DNA from: a virus
Lineage: Duplodnaviria > Heunggongvirae > Uroviricota > Caudoviricetes
Virus record (IMG/VR): IMGVR_UViG_2744054962_000001
Direction: 5' to 3' (one strand)
DNA: 64,000 nucleotides
Shown in pieces: positions 29,568-41,200 of the stretch. The notes under the pieces were generated by a model that was not told the DNA's origin, did not search any database, and saw only the letters and a list, made by a program, of their open reading frames with translations. Made by a program: the position numbers and the translations under genes. How positions within the stretch are numbered: position 1 is the first letter of the stretch; every line of letters starts with the position of its first letter.

Positions 29568-29584
29568 GGTAAGTATATACTTAC
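29568..29584 (+). promoter_or_regulatory. ATAAGTA-family motif (GGTAAGTATATACTTAC palindrome)
   Basis: Upstream of major tail gene. Confidence 0.45.
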
Positions 29585-29634
29585 TATTAGCGCAATAAAT
29601 GCGTAGAATTAACGGAAAAAGGAGTTTTCCATCA

Positions 29635-30381
29635 ATGTCTAATACCCATGTAAAAAACATCAAACTTGGTGCCTGTAAGGTGTCGTTTGGTGGTGTGGAT
29701 TTGGGTTACACCAAAGGTGGTGTTCAGGTTGAAGTAGCCACTGAAACGCTGAAAGTCACCGTCGATCAGTTGGGGCAGACCGTAATTTCCGAATTAGTTC
29801 AGGGGCGCAACATTACCATCACCGCGCCTCTGGCTGAGTCTGTACTCCAAAACATGGTTGACCTGATGCCTGGTTCTACTCTGAGCGAAGATGACAACTC
29901 TGTCACGATCACATCTGCACAGGGCGTTAACCTGATTGATGTGGCGAAGGAGCTGGTTCTGACTCCGCAGGACACCACCGACTATGTGTTGACCATCCCG
30001 AAAGCGGCAACCGCGGGCAACTTCACTATGACCTACCAGTCTGATGATGTTCGTGTGTTCTCTGTTCAGTTCAGCGCATACCCGGATGATGAAGGCGTTC
30101 TGGGCAAAATGAGCGGTCCTAAACCGGTAAAAACTGTGTCGATCTCACCGGAATCTCCAACCGTAAAAGCTGGAGAAACTGTGCAACTGACAGCCGAAAT
30201 CACTCCAGCTGATGCCGCAGACAAAACCGGTGTTTGGGAATCCGAAGACCAGGAAAAGGCCACGGTAGATCAAACGGGTCTGGTACGTGGTGTGGCGCAG
30301 GGTTCTACAAATATCTCCTTCACCAGCAATAGCGGTGGTAAGAAGGCAACTAAGTCAGTAACGATTAACCCCGCAGATTAA
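29635..30381 (+). CDS. Major tail protein with C-terminal Ig-like (BIG2) domain
   Basis: AGGAG RBS before ATG 29635; C-terminal domain similar to the repeats at 26055..26975; position before chaperone and tape measure genes. Confidence 0.7.
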   Translation: MSNTHVKNIKLGACKVSFGGVDLGYTKGGVQVEVATETLKVTVDQLGQTVISELVQGRNITITAPLAESVLQNMVDLMPGSTLSEDDNSVTITSAQGVNLIDVAKELVLTPQDTTDYVLTIPKAATAGNFTMTYQSDDVRVFSVQFSAYPDDEGVLGKMSGPKPVKTVSISPESPTVKAGETVQLTAEITPADAADKTGVWESEDQEKATVDQTGLVRGVAQGSTNISFTSNSGGKKATKSVTINPAD

Positions 30382-30436
30382 TCAGTAATTAAGCAGAGGC
30401 TCAGGATGGGCCTCTCTTTTAAAAGGATTTTAACCA

Positions 30437-30754
30437 ATGACCAAATTACTCGATCTCGATTCCATTCTGCCTCCGAAGAAAAGCATCAAATTTGGCGGTC
30501 AGGAATATCCCATCGTTGAAATGACGGTAGGTCTGTTCGTTTCCATCAAGCAGATGGAAGGCAAAGATCTCATGAACATGTCTCCTGTTGAGCAAGTGAC
30601 AGCTTATGCAGATCTGGTTCGTAAGGTTATCCCTTCAGTACCTGACGAAGTTCTTGAAAAACTGACTGTTCCGCAACTCCAGCAGATCTTCACCTTCGCT
30701 ATGGAAGTGATTGATGAAGAAAACGAAAAAGCGGCTGGCGAAGGGGCAAAGTAA
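30437..30754 (+). CDS. Tail assembly chaperone (lambda gpG-like)
   Basis: 105-aa acidic protein immediately upstream of tape measure gene. Confidence 0.6.
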   Translation: MTKLLDLDSILPPKKSIKFGGQEYPIVEMTVGLFVSIKQMEGKDLMNMSPVEQVTAYADLVRKVIPSVPDEVLEKLTVPQLQQIFTFAMEVIDEENEKAAGEGAK

Positions 30755-31104
30755 TTTCCCGCGATGAATCCGGGACAAGGACCGTCTCAATAGATCTCGG
30801 ATTCTATTTCAGTCGTGTAGTTGCTCACTACGCCGTGTCGCCATTAGAGCTACTGAACGTTCCTCTCACGATGTTCTGGATGCTCAGTCGCAATATAGAC
30901 CGTCTGCGTGCGGAAGAGGATGTCCGCAACTTACAAGTCGCTCGTGCGTCCCAGGCGGATGGCGAGGCTGTGAAGGCGTTCATGGAGGGTTTGCAACTCA
31001 GGATTGGAAGACCAGTCGTAACAGATAAAGTCTACGATCCAAGCCAGGATAAGGCAGACCCTGACGCCAAAGAGCAACTGATGCAAATATTTGGCAGAGG
31101 ATGA
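30712..31104 (+). CDS. -1 frame extension of tail assembly chaperone (gpGT-like frameshift product)
   Basis: Frame -1 relative to 30437..30754 is open from 30712 to 31104 with no ATG start; canonical slippery heptamer not identified. Confidence 0.4.
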
Positions 31105-31111
31105 CAAGGGA

Positions 31112-34100
31112 ATGTCACAAAACGTAGAGTTTATCCTGTCGCTGGAAGACAAACAGTTTACAGCGTCAATCGATCGTGCGGGGAAACTGCTTACTCGATT
31201 TGGTGAGCAGGTAACAAAGCCTGCTCAAAAAATCCAAACCTTTGAACGCTCTTTGGGTTCGGTCGCCCGTATCATTGGCGTTCTGGAAAGCAAGCTCGAT
31301 TCTACGGCAGATAAACTACAGGATGTAGCTGCCGGTTTTGAGCTTGCTTCAGATGCTACGCGTAAAATGCGTGGCAACATCACCAGCCTCAATTCTGGTC
31401 TTAAAGCCCTGATTGAGCGCGTCGATACGACAACTTCTTCAGTAGATAAACTCACCGCGTCATTACGTAAAGTGCAATCAGAGCTAAATGATTTCTCTGA
31501 TTGGGCGACCTATGCAAGCAAAAGCGCAAGCCGCTTTGGTACGGAGGCCAAAGAAGCCTCTGCGTCCGTGAGTGGCATGAATACGCGCCTTAATACCACG
31601 ACGAAGCGACTCAGTAATTGGGGTGTCACAACGAGTCAGGCTGCCGAGGGACTGAAAAAGGTTCGTGAGCAGATGGACGAAGTTATCGGACGTCAGCAAC
31701 TGATTAGCAAGCCGGTACGCGTTCGTACATCTGGAAGTGGCGATGGTGGTAGCGGGCGGCGTAGCGGCGCTTCTGGCCATAGCGGTAAAAGTAACGAAGG
31801 AGGTATGTTCTCTGGCCTTCGTGGCAACATTTTCCTGCTTGGCGAGATCGGAGATGCAGCCAGAACGGTTACTGACATCATGTTTGGGTGGCAGAAGCCT
31901 ATTGTTGAAGCTGCGGCCGAAATGGAACGTATGCGGGTGATGCTTCGAGGGTTGAATAAGGAGAAGTCCAACCCGGGCCAGGCTGCCGCTGATGATATGA
32001 AGTACATCGTAGACATGGCGCAAAATGCGCCGTTCGCGATGCAGGCGTTAACAGATTCCTTCGTGAAGTTTCGTTCTGCTGGCTTAGATCCAACCGATGG
32101 TTCTCTGAAGGCGCTGGTGGACTCCGTTGCTCGTTTTGGTGGTGATAGTGAGCTGTTGAAACGTGCGGCTGTGGCCGTTCAGCAGATGTCCGGTAAGGGC
32201 GTTGTGTCAATGGAAGAGCTACGTCAGCAATTAGGTGAAGCCGTTCCTAACGCGATGCAGGCAATGGCAGACGCCGCAGGCATCACTATGGGGGAACTGA
32301 CTAAAGCCGTTGCCAGCGGTACGGTTGAGGCAAAACAGGCGTTGTCTCTGATGTTTGTTGGTCTGCGTGCGGAGAATGAGAACGCAGCGAAAGACATGAT
32401 GCAAACCTACACAGGTGCGCTGGCGCAACTTCAGACGTCATTCACGTTATTTGCTGATCGGGTTGGTCAGGCCGGATATCTGGATTCTCTATCGAAGGGG
32501 ATGAAAGAACTGGCTTCAATCATGAATAGCGCCGAAGGGATTTCGTTTGCCAATTCTTTAGGCTCGGGGTTAACGACGGCAATCGATGGGTTGCGTCAGC
32601 TTGCTCAATGGTTAGCAAAGAACCAAGAGCTGGTGATTAATCTCGGTAAGGTCGTGGCCGCGATGGTTGCGTTCAAACTGATGCGAGCAGGGATCATGGG
32701 GGTAGTTGGCGCAGGCAGCCAGATGGTTAGCACCTTTGCCACGATGGCGACCGCCATACAGACTCCATTTAACCTCGGCGCTACAGCAGTAACCCGATTC
32801 AATCGTGCGGCACGTATGGGGCTGGCTCCGATCCCCTCTCTTATTTTCGCCATCCGTGGGGCGATTACGGGGCTTAAAGGCGCTTTTGCTGGATTAACGG
32901 CGTTCATTGCAGCAAACCCTATAGGGGCAGCATTTACAGTTGCCACTGTAGCTGTTGCTGGCCTAATCACGTACATGACCATGCTCCGCAGCGAAACTTC
33001 AAAGGTCGTTGACGAGATTAGGAAAATACCAGAGGCGATGACGGCGGCCAAACGTGCACAGATGGCGGAGTATAAAGCGCGTCTTGAGCAACAAATCACG
33101 CAAAAGGAACAAGAGTTAAAATCTGGCGAAAAGGTGGTTTATGGGCCGGGTATGGCCGGAACTACAGTAAAGATTAATCAGGATGAACGTAAGCGTATAG
33201 AAAATGAGCTAAATGACCTTCGTAAGAAACGCGATAAAACTACTGGGGCAATTGAACGCGGAGACATTGCTGTAGCCAAACGTCTTGCAAAAGATGCGGC
33301 AGAATCACAGATAGAGAAAATACGGGAAGAGAATAGAGACTTTGCGGCAACATTCGTGAAAGCCCGGCAGGAGGCTCTGGATAAGATCCAGAAAATCAAT
33401 GATGACGGTTCACTTTCAGATGACGAAAAGAACAAGCTATTGGCACCGTTACGTGAAACGGTAAACAAAAGCTATCTGGAGCCTGCGCAAAAACTGGTTG
33501 ATTCACTTTCTTCTCGTAAGAATGCTGTCGAGGGGCAAATAGCCACTCTTAATGATCAGCTTGAAAAAGCGAAAAAGGAAGGAAACACCGAGCAGATCAA
33601 GAAACTGCAAGGCAGTATTCGTGGTTATCAGGAGAATTTGGAAGTCGTCGCTCAGGAACTGACTCAGGCAGAGTTCGAGAGAGATAACGCTGCCAAAACT
33701 GGTAAGGGCGTAATGTCAAACCAGGGGACTGTTCTGGGGTTAGGTACAACTGATAAAGCTGCTCAGAAGGCGCTGGCGCAATATATGCGAAACCAGATGG
33801 ATTCTGCGACTTATCAACGTACTTTGCCTGACGGCACTCCGATGATGGACTTCGAAGGTAAGCCGATTATTGGGCCTAAACAACTCAAGACGCAGCTTAA
33901 TTTGCAGAAAGCATCCAGTGCCAGCTCTCTGGAGAAAATGAGCGATGAAGAGCGTGCCGCAGCCATTGCCGCACTTACTAAAGCTCGTGAACAGGATGCC
34001 GCAGCCGCCGAGAAAGCAGCCCAACGATCAGCTAATGCCTCGCAGCGTGCGGCCAAGAAAGAACAGGCAGCGCAACAGAAACTGGCGGCCGGATATCAGA

Positions 34101-35689
34101 AGGCTCTGGATAAAGCCGATCAGCTTATGGGGCAAATGGGTGAAAGCTCTAAGGCTACGGTATCGTTTGATCAGTCTCTTCGCGATACAACAAAATCGCT
34201 AACTGATTTGGCTAATGCGATTCCTAACGAGTTCATCACTCAAGAGATGATCGACAAGGCGAAAAAACGTCTTGAAGACCTCAAAAATGCGACACCTGAA
34301 TATCGCGAGATGTTTAATCGCCGCAATGTTGAGCAGATGATCTCCACTTGGGCACCGAAGGCGGATTCCATTATTAGTGCTGGCTATACGCCGTCTCGCG
34401 AAGATAAAGTTGCTGATTTCGAAGACACCTACAACCGCAATCTCAAAGCGTTGATAGAACTTCGTGATAAGGCGTCTGATCCTAAAGTTGTGGCGCTTTA
34501 TACAAAGAAAATCAATCAACTGATTGCTGCTGGCAATACCGCGCTTATTAAAGAGACGGGGACTGCGACGCAGAAGTTGGCACTGGAATACGAAAACCTG
34601 GCAGAGCAGATCGAAAGCACCTGGACTGATTTGTTTAGTGGCTTAACTGATGTCCTGACTGATTTCGTTATTAACGGGAAGATGAGCTTCTCCAGCCTGT
34701 CTCAGTCCATTTTGAAAGATATCACCAATATGGTCGTGAAGTCGCAAATCACGCTGCCTCTAATGAACATGTTGGGGATGGGAGCCACCGCAGCTGGTAG
34801 TTCACAGAGTGGTAATTTGCTCACCGGGGTTGCTTCCGCAGTTGCCAATCAAGGTGTGCGCATAAGCAACACTGTTAATGGCGACAAGTCGGTAGGAGAA
34901 GCCACGAAGGAGACGTCCAGTTCGGTAACTGGATTGGGGCAAACAACACAGCAGACCACCAGCGCAATTGGCACTGCAACAAATGCGATTGGTAGCTGGG
35001 TATCAGGGCTATTTGATAGCACTGAAGCCAAAGATGCCGAGACAAAAGCCGTGAAGGACTCCATCTTCTCGATGCAGAACCTCAGCTCTGTTACCGGCGC
35101 TCTGTCTGCCGCGTTTGCAATGCTTGGAGCTAATGCTTCCGGCTCTGGTAATAAGTGGTTGAATTTCGGCGCGACAGTTGCATCTGGTTTGGTTTCAGTA
35201 TGGGCTGGTGGTGGATTCGATGGATTGATGTCCGGTTCTTCTGGCTCAACTTCCGGGTTCAACAATCTGACCAGTTCTGCTGCCGATGGCACGAATGGTA
35301 TTCCTGCAATTCCGAAGTTTGCAAATGGTGGCATATTCGGAAAAGACGGCGTGATCCCGCTCCGGGCATACCAGAAAGGCGGTATCGCCAACTCACCTCA
35401 ATTGGCGTTGTTTGGGGAAGGCGATATGAATGAGGCGTATGTTCCATTGCCTGATGGTCGAACAATCCCTGTAACGCTCAGTACCGATGGTATGAGTGGA
35501 GGAGGAAATGTTCTTTCTCCGGTATCAATTGAGATCAACGTCCATAGTGACGGTAGCACAACTGAATCCGGCGATACAGAAAGCATATGGAACAATGCCG
35601 CTCAACGGATGAAAGCAATCGCGCTTGAGACTATCGCTCAAGAGAAACGCCCTGGCGGATCACTCAACCCAAACACTCAACGTAACTAA
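31112..35689 (+). CDS. Tail tape measure protein
   Basis: ~1525 aa, coiled-coil and Gly/Ala-rich segments; ATG 31112 (track start 31091 is TTG). Confidence 0.9.
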   Translation: MSQNVEFILSLEDKQFTASIDRAGKLLTRFGEQVTKPAQKIQTFERSLGSVARIIGVLESKLDSTADKLQDVAAGFELASDATRKMRGNITSLNSGLKALIERVDTTTSSVDKLTASLRKVQSELNDFSDWATYASKSASRFGTEAKEASASVSGMNTRLNTTTKRLSNWGVTTSQAAEGLKKVREQMDEVIGRQQLISKPVRVRTSGSGDGGSGRRSGASGHSGKSNEGGMFSGLRGNIFLLGEIGDAARTVTDIMFGWQKPIVEAAAEMERMRVMLRGLNKEKSNPGQAAADDMKYIVDMAQNAPFAMQALTDSFVKFRSAGLDPTDGSLKALVDSVARFGGDSELLKRAAVAVQQMSGKGVVSMEELRQQLGEAVPNAMQAMADAAGITMGELTKAVASGTVEAKQALSLMFVGLRAENENAAKDMMQTYTGALAQLQTSFTLFADRVGQAGYLDSLSKGMKELASIMNSAEGISFANSLGSGLTTAIDGLRQLAQWLAKNQELVINLGKVVAAMVAFKLMRAGIMGVVGAGSQMVSTFATMATAIQTPFNLGATAVTRFNRAARMGLAPIPSLIFAIRGAITGLKGAFAGLTAFIAANPIGAAFTVATVAVAGLITYMTMLRSETSKVVDEIRKIPEAMTAAKRAQMAEYKARLEQQITQKEQELKSGEKVVYGPGMAGTTVKINQDERKRIENELNDLRKKRDKTTGAIERGDIAVAKRLAKDAAESQIEKIREENRDFAATFVKARQEALDKIQKINDDGSLSDDEKNKLLAPLRETVNKSYLEPAQKLVDSLSSRKNAVEGQIATLNDQLEKAKKEGNTEQIKKLQGSIRGYQENLEVVAQELTQAEFERDNAAKTGKGVMSNQGTVLGLGTTDKAAQKALAQYMRNQMDSATYQRTLPDGTPMMDFEGKPIIGPKQLKTQLNLQKASSASSLEKMSDEERAAAIAALTKAREQDAAAAEKAAQRSANASQRAAKKEQAAQQKLAAGYQKALDKADQLMGQMGESSKATVSFDQSLRDTTKSLTDLANAIPNEFITQEMIDKAKKRLEDLKNATPEYREMFNRRNVEQMISTWAPKADSIISAGYTPSREDKVADFEDTYNRNLKALIELRDKASDPKVVALYTKKINQLIAAGNTALIKETGTATQKLALEYENLAEQIESTWTDLFSGLTDVLTDFVINGKMSFSSLSQSILKDITNMVVKSQITLPLMNMLGMGATAAGSSQSGNLLTGVASAVANQGVRISNTVNGDKSVGEATKETSSSVTGLGQTTQQTTSAIGTATNAIGSWVSGLFDSTEAKDAETKAVKDSIFSMQNLSSVTGALSAAFAMLGANASGSGNKWLNFGATVASGLVSVWAGGGFDGLMSGSSGSTSGFNNLTSSAADGTNGIPAIPKFANGGIFGKDGVIPLRAYQKGGIANSPQLALFGEGDMNEAYVPLPDGRTIPVTLSTDGMSGGGNVLSPVSIEINVHSDGSTTESGDTESIWNNAAQRMKAIALETIAQEKRPGGSLNPNTQRN

Positions 35690-35731
35690 CTATCGACTGC
35701 CCCGACCGGGGCAGTCTCACAAGGATGTGAG

Positions 35732-36067
35732 ATGGAAAGACAAACGTTTAATTGGTATCCAGATTACGAATCTGAAAAAAGCGTAAAACCGAATGTAACG
35801 GTACTTAATTTTGGTGATGACTACGAGCAGCGACAGGCTCAAGGTCTTAATCGTATTAAAGAAGAATGGTCGTTAACCTTTACCAGATCATACAACGAAA
35901 TTAATGCAATCGATGACTTCCTGACTGAGCGAGCAGGCGTTGAGTCGTTCTATTGGGTTAATCCAAGAGGAAAACGGATTGTAGTTGTATGTGACAGTCA
36001 TACGGTCAAGCGATATCAGGGGTACTGTGTCTTAACTGCTACATTCAGACAAGTATTTGAGGCTTAA
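35732..36067 (+). CDS. Minor tail protein (lambda gpM-like)
   Basis: 111 aa; FGDDYEQR and SFYW segments match gpM pattern; synteny. Confidence 0.75.
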   Translation: MERQTFNWYPDYESEKSVKPNVTVLNFGDDYEQRQAQGLNRIKEEWSLTFTRSYNEINAIDDFLTERAGVESFYWVNPRGKRIVVVCDSHTVKRYQGYCVLTATFRQVFEA

Positions 36068-36073
36068 GTATCT

Positions 36074-36096
36074 GGATAAGTAAGTACTAATTTACT
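36074..36096 (+). promoter_or_regulatory. ATAAGTA-family motif
   Basis: GGATAAGTAAGTACTAATTTACT upstream of gpL-like gene. Confidence 0.45.
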
Positions 36097-36149
36097 ATCA
36101 TTGTGGCGCTGACAGGATGCTAGCGCCTACTTATTTCAAGGATGAAACA

Positions 36150-36848
36150 ATGGGAATTAAAGCTGATATTCAGAGCTTATCTCCCTCTGCACTCATTGAG
36201 TTGTTCGTACTGGATATGTCGAACACAACTTCAGGGGGGAAGTTATTCTTCCACGCCGGAACAAACGAACTGATGCAACCGGTCGTCTGGCAAGGAGTGA
36301 CATACGAGCCGTGGCCAATCAAAGCATCAGGCTTTGACAAAACTGGCCAGGGAACGTTGCCACGTCCAAAAATTCAGGTATCGAACTTTGCCGGAACCGT
36401 CTCTGCGGAAGTTCAGGCGAACGACGATCTTGTTGGCTGCCGCATTATTCGCAAGATGACGCTGGCTCGCTTCCTCGATGCCGTTAATTTTAAAGACGGC
36501 AACCCAACAGCAGATCCAAACCAACATTTCCCGGATGAAATGTGGTTTATCGAACAGAAAACTCTCGAAACTCATCAGGTTGTCGAGTTTGAATTGTCCA
36601 GTGTGTTCGATTTGATGGGGGTGCAACTGCCGTATCGTCAGATCATTAAAAACACCTGCCCGTGGAAATACCGAGGGCCAGAATGCGGCTATACCGGTCC
36701 ATATTTCGACAAAAATAACCAGCAGACGTCTATGTCTGGTGCTGATTACTGCACAAAACGTTATGACGCCTGTAATGCGCGTCGGAATTATTTTGCCAAC
36801 GGAGTGATCCATTTTGGCGGGTTTATTGGAGCTACGCGATATGGGTAA
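36150..36848 (+). CDS. Minor tail protein (lambda gpL-like)
   Basis: C-terminal Cys cluster CPWKYRGPECGY..C..C; ATG 36150 with AAGGA RBS. Confidence 0.85.
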   Translation: MGIKADIQSLSPSALIELFVLDMSNTTSGGKLFFHAGTNELMQPVVWQGVTYEPWPIKASGFDKTGQGTLPRPKIQVSNFAGTVSAEVQANDDLVGCRIIRKMTLARFLDAVNFKDGNPTADPNQHFPDEMWFIEQKTLETHQVVEFELSSVFDLMGVQLPYRQIIKNTCPWKYRGPECGYTGPYFDKNNQQTSMSGADYCTKRYDACNARRNYFANGVIHFGGFIGATRYG

Positions 36849-37638
36849 TAAAGCAATCCCTGAGCTTGGCTCTGATGTTATGCAGCAAATCTATCTCTGC
36901 GCCATAAATCGCTACCCTAATGAAGCGTGTGGCTTTCTGGTGAGAACTAATGGCGACAAATATCGCTTTATGGAAGCGCGAAATGTTTCGGAGAACCCGC
37001 AGAACACTTTTGTAATGCACGTTGACGACATTATGGCGGCAGAGGATGCGGGTGATGTTATCGCAATCTGGCATTCACATACTGATGAATCAGCAGAAGC
37101 ATCTGATGCCGATCGTGCAGGCTGCGAAGCGACGGAAGTTCCGTGGATGATTCTGGCTATTCGCAAGAATGTTGAGGGAGATGCCCCTTTCCATTTTAGC
37201 GAGATGAATGTGATCACTCCTGATGGTTTCGAAATGCCATACCTGGGTAGACCGTATGTATTTGGCGTATTCGATTGCTGGATGTTGTGTCGGGACTATT
37301 TGAAGCGTGAGTTTAACGTCGAGCTTAACCCGAACGCACACCTGCATATTCCATCGTGGTACACCGGCGATAACGACATTCTCGACCAGAACTACCGAAA
37401 CGAGGGATTGGTACGGCTTGCGCCTGGAACAAAGCCTCAACGTGGGGACGTCTTCTTTATTCAATACGGGAAAATGCCAGATCACTGCGCGGTTTATATC
37501 GGCGATGGAATGATTCTTCATCACCAGATCGACCGTCTTAGTTGTCGTGCTTATTACGGCGGAATGTATCAGAAACATACGACGCATCACTTGCGTCACA
37601 GAGACTTGCTCAAGGGAGATGAGACGTGTCTGAGTTAG
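36841..37638 (+). CDS. Tail assembly protein (lambda gpK-like; JAB/MPN plus NlpC/P60 domains)
   Basis: JAMM-like HSHTDESAEASDAD and NlpC/P60 Cys-His region (DCWMLCRDYL..H); start overlaps gpL stop. Confidence 0.85.
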   Translation: MGNKAIPELGSDVMQQIYLCAINRYPNEACGFLVRTNGDKYRFMEARNVSENPQNTFVMHVDDIMAAEDAGDVIAIWHSHTDESAEASDADRAGCEATEVPWMILAIRKNVEGDAPFHFSEMNVITPDGFEMPYLGRPYVFGVFDCWMLCRDYLKREFNVELNPNAHLHIPSWYTGDNDILDQNYRNEGLVRLAPGTKPQRGDVFFIQYGKMPDHCAVYIGDGMILHHQIDRLSCRAYYGGMYQKHTTHHLRHRDLLKGDETCLS

Positions 37639-38219
37639 TTCATGTGCAGCTTGGCGGCCCTATGGCCAAACATTTTGGCCGCCACTGGCATCTAAAGGTG
37701 CGCAATACAAAACAGGCTCTGGATTTAATTGAGGCCAACAAGCCTGGGTTTAAAGCATGGATGAAGCGCAATATCAAAACCTATGACCGTTACCACATCC
37801 AGATCACCAATAAACAGGGCCACAAGTGGTCTGTTGACGAAAGTGAATATCAGATGATGGGGCAGTCTGACAACATTGCCAAAATCCGCATTACACCTGT
37901 TCCGCGAGGAAGCGGTGGATCTGCTTTTGGGTGGTTTCAGACGGTAGTAGGGGCCGCTTTGTTGGTTGTATCGGCGGTAGTGATGCCTGCTTTAGCACCT
38001 CTCGGTTTGTCACTGATGATGGGCGGCATATCACAAATCATATCGCCGCAAGCCACTAACGAAAGTGTGAGACAGGCAGATAACTCGAACTCTTATTATT
38101 TCGACGGCCCTCAAAATACAGAAAACCAGGGCAACCCAGTACAACTTATCTATGGCGAGGAAATTCTGGTTGGCTCACAGGTTGTGAGTTCTTCAATCAC
38201 GATTGACCAGCTAATGTAA
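37626..38219 (+). CDS. Tail assembly protein (lambda gpI-like)
   Basis: GTG start with GGGAGA RBS; hydrophobic central segment; synteny. Confidence 0.75.
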   Translation: MSELVHVQLGGPMAKHFGRHWHLKVRNTKQALDLIEANKPGFKAWMKRNIKTYDRYHIQITNKQGHKWSVDESEYQMMGQSDNIAKIRITPVPRGSGGSAFGWFQTVVGAALLVVSAVVMPALAPLGLSLMMGGISQIISPQATNESVRQADNSNSYYFDGPQNTENQGNPVQLIYGEEILVGSQVVSSSITIDQLM

Positions 38220-38236
38220 ACAAGGATTTTTTGAAC

Positions 38237-41200
38237 ATGGAACAGTTCAAGAAGAAAAAGCTACCGCTGTTTATTGCCGGTGCGGGTGGTAAAAAAAGCA
38301 GCAAAAGCTCCAGCCGTACACCGGTTGAAGCCGACGATACCGTAAATTCTCGTGCAATGGCCGCTATCCTCGATCTTCTTGGGGAAGGGGTAATTGGCGG
38401 CTTAGTAAATGGCGCAAGATCTATTTTTATCGACGATCTGCCGATTGTAAATGAAGACGGTTCCTCCAACTTCAGCGGAATCACATGGGATTTTCGCGAC
38501 GGTTCACAAGACCAGACTCCAATGTCTGGCTTTGATTTCGTTGAAACGCCTAAATCCGTCAATATCCAGTTAAAAAAAACACATTATGTAACGGTTTCAA
38601 TCGATAACGATGAAGCTGATCGGGTTCGTGTCATCATGAAGTTTCCTTCTTTGCGAAGCATAGATAAAAAAACTGGTGACACGAACGGTACGACTGTTGA
38701 GTACAAGTTCCAGATAGCAAATGGCGACTCAACATTTGTAGATGTGGTCGCTGAAGGTGAAAAAAGCGTTGGCATTAAGCTAACAGCAAAGAAGACCGGC
38801 GTTTATTACCGTAGCTATGAGCTGAAGCTGCCTAAGCCTGGACGAGCATACAAGGTTCGTGTGGTCCGTATTACCGATGATAACAGCAGCCAGTATCTCT
38901 ATAACGATACATGGGTGGACTCAATAGGTGAGATTGTAGATACACCGATGAACTACCCAAACTCTGTGCTGGTGGGTCTGAAGGTTAATTCTGAGCAGTT
39001 TGGTAGCACCATGCCATCTCGTTCGTATTTGGTACGTGGATTAAAAATTCGCGTGCCGTCAAACTACAACGAGGCCAGCAACACTTATGATGGTGTATGG
39101 GATGGCACTTTTAAGCTGTTGTCTTCTTCAAACCCCGCGTGGATTCTCTTTGATTTGCTGACCAATGCTCGATATGGCCTTGGTCAGTATGTGTCGGAAT
39201 CTATGATTGACCTTGGCCAGTTGTACCAGATTGGTCGATATTGTGACGAAGAGGTCGATGATGGCTTTGGTGGCAAAGAGAAACGCTTTGCAATCAATAC
39301 GCAGATCACCAGTCGACAGGACGCATACCGGCTAATTCAGGATATTGCCGGAGCATTCCGCGGCATGGTGTTTTGGGCTGGTGGGATGGTTAACATCATG
39401 CAGGATAGCCCATCAGATCCGGTAATGATGTTTACCAACTCTAACGTCAAAGATGGATTGTTTACCTATAAAGGTTCTGCGCGTAAAGATCGCCCATCCG
39501 TTGCGCTCGTAACCTACAACAACAAGGAGGACGGTTATAAGCAAAACATCGAGTACGTTGAAGATCAGGACGCAATGCGCCGTTATGGTGAGCGTAAGAC
39601 AGAAGTCGTAGCATTTGGCTGTACAAGCCGAGGCCAGGCCCACCGAGTTGGTTTATGGCTTTTGTATACAGCCAGAATGGAGTCGGATGTAATTACATTT
39701 ACTGCCGGCTTAGATGCGTCATTCCTGATGCCTGGTGAAACCGTTCTGATTCAGAACAAATATCGCGCAGGCAAACGTAACTCAGGTCGAATTGTGGCGT
39801 TTACCAAAAACAGCGTCACACTCGATGCGCCTGTGTCGTTAGCCAAAGGCGGCTGCTTTATTCGAATACTGAATCAGGAAGGCAAAATCGTTGAACGCGA
39901 TGTTCTTGAAACTGGCGAAAATATAACAAAAGTTACGTTTTCAAAAGCCCTGTCTTCTGCTGAAACGCCTGTTTTGAACGGCGTCTGGACTATTACAGAA
40001 CCAGATCTCGAACCTATGCGCGTTCGCATTGTTAACATAGCACAGGGGGAAACGCCGGGTAGCTTTGACATCACCGCTGTTGAGAACAATCCGTCTAAAT
40101 ATGAGGCGATCGATAATGGTGCAACGCTTATCCCGCAGAATACGACGGTATTGGACCCGACTTATTCCAAGCCGTCTAATTTGCAAATCACTGAAGGGAC
40201 TTATCTCTCAAGCCCGGGCAACCTGTCAGTAAAACTGACTGCAACATGGGAAGGGAAATCTCCAGAGTATTGGATCAGTTGGCGACGTTCTGATGCAAAC
40301 AATGTATCGAACTGGCAATCGGCGCGTGTAACCGAAGAGCAATACGAAATCGTTAATGTCGCGGAGAATGGACGCTACGACTTCCAGCTGTATGCGGTTT
40401 CATTCAACGGTAAAAAAACAGAGATTATCAGTACCGTTTATCAGGTGCTGGGCACAATGACACCGCCAGATGCCCCAACGTCATTAACGGCCGTTGGAGA
40501 CTATCGTAATGTGATACTGAATTGGGTTAATCCAGATTCGGTAGACCTTGATCACATTAATGTTTACGCATCCCAGACCAACAATCTGGATACAGCGAAA
40601 CTGATCGCAGAGTCTGCAAGCACCACCTTTACACATGCTGGTCTTGGGGATAGCGAAACGTGGTATTACTGGGTTCGTGCGTCAAACAAGCGCGGTATGT
40701 TGAGTCCTCCGAACTCAAACTTGGGTACAGAGGCGACGACTCGCGATGTGCTGTCGTTCCTGACAGGCAAAATTACGTCTTCTGAACTTGGCCAGACTTT
40801 ACTTGAGGAAATCGACTCAAAAGTATCTCAGGAGGCGGTGGATTCCATCTATCAACAGATGGAAGAAAGTCTGAAAATCCTCGATGACAAATTTACAGAT
40901 GCCGATCAGCGGCTTGAAGAAGCTCAAAACAATCTTAAAACGGAAGTTTCCGGTACTGTCAGCAAGGTGGAAGACGCACTTAAGGAGGTTGCAAACTCTA
41001 ACGCTGCCTTAATTCAGTTGCAGGAAACTGTATCAGAGCAGGGTAAAGCTGTAGCTGGAGCTGTTGAGGCGGCAAATGCAGCACTTGACAATTCATCGGC
41101 TTTAATTGCGGAGGAGCGTGAAGCACGAGTTGAGGGTGACTTGGCAAACGCGAAAGAAATCGAGGCGATGAAGTCAACTGTAGATAGCAGTTTAGCCACC

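Noticed and set aside
31484-35595. Multiple minus-strand and alternative-frame ORFs (for example 31484..32023, 32605..33099, 34849..35391)
   Set aside because: All lie within the tape measure gene; repetitive Ala/Gly-rich coding sequence generates spurious open frames.
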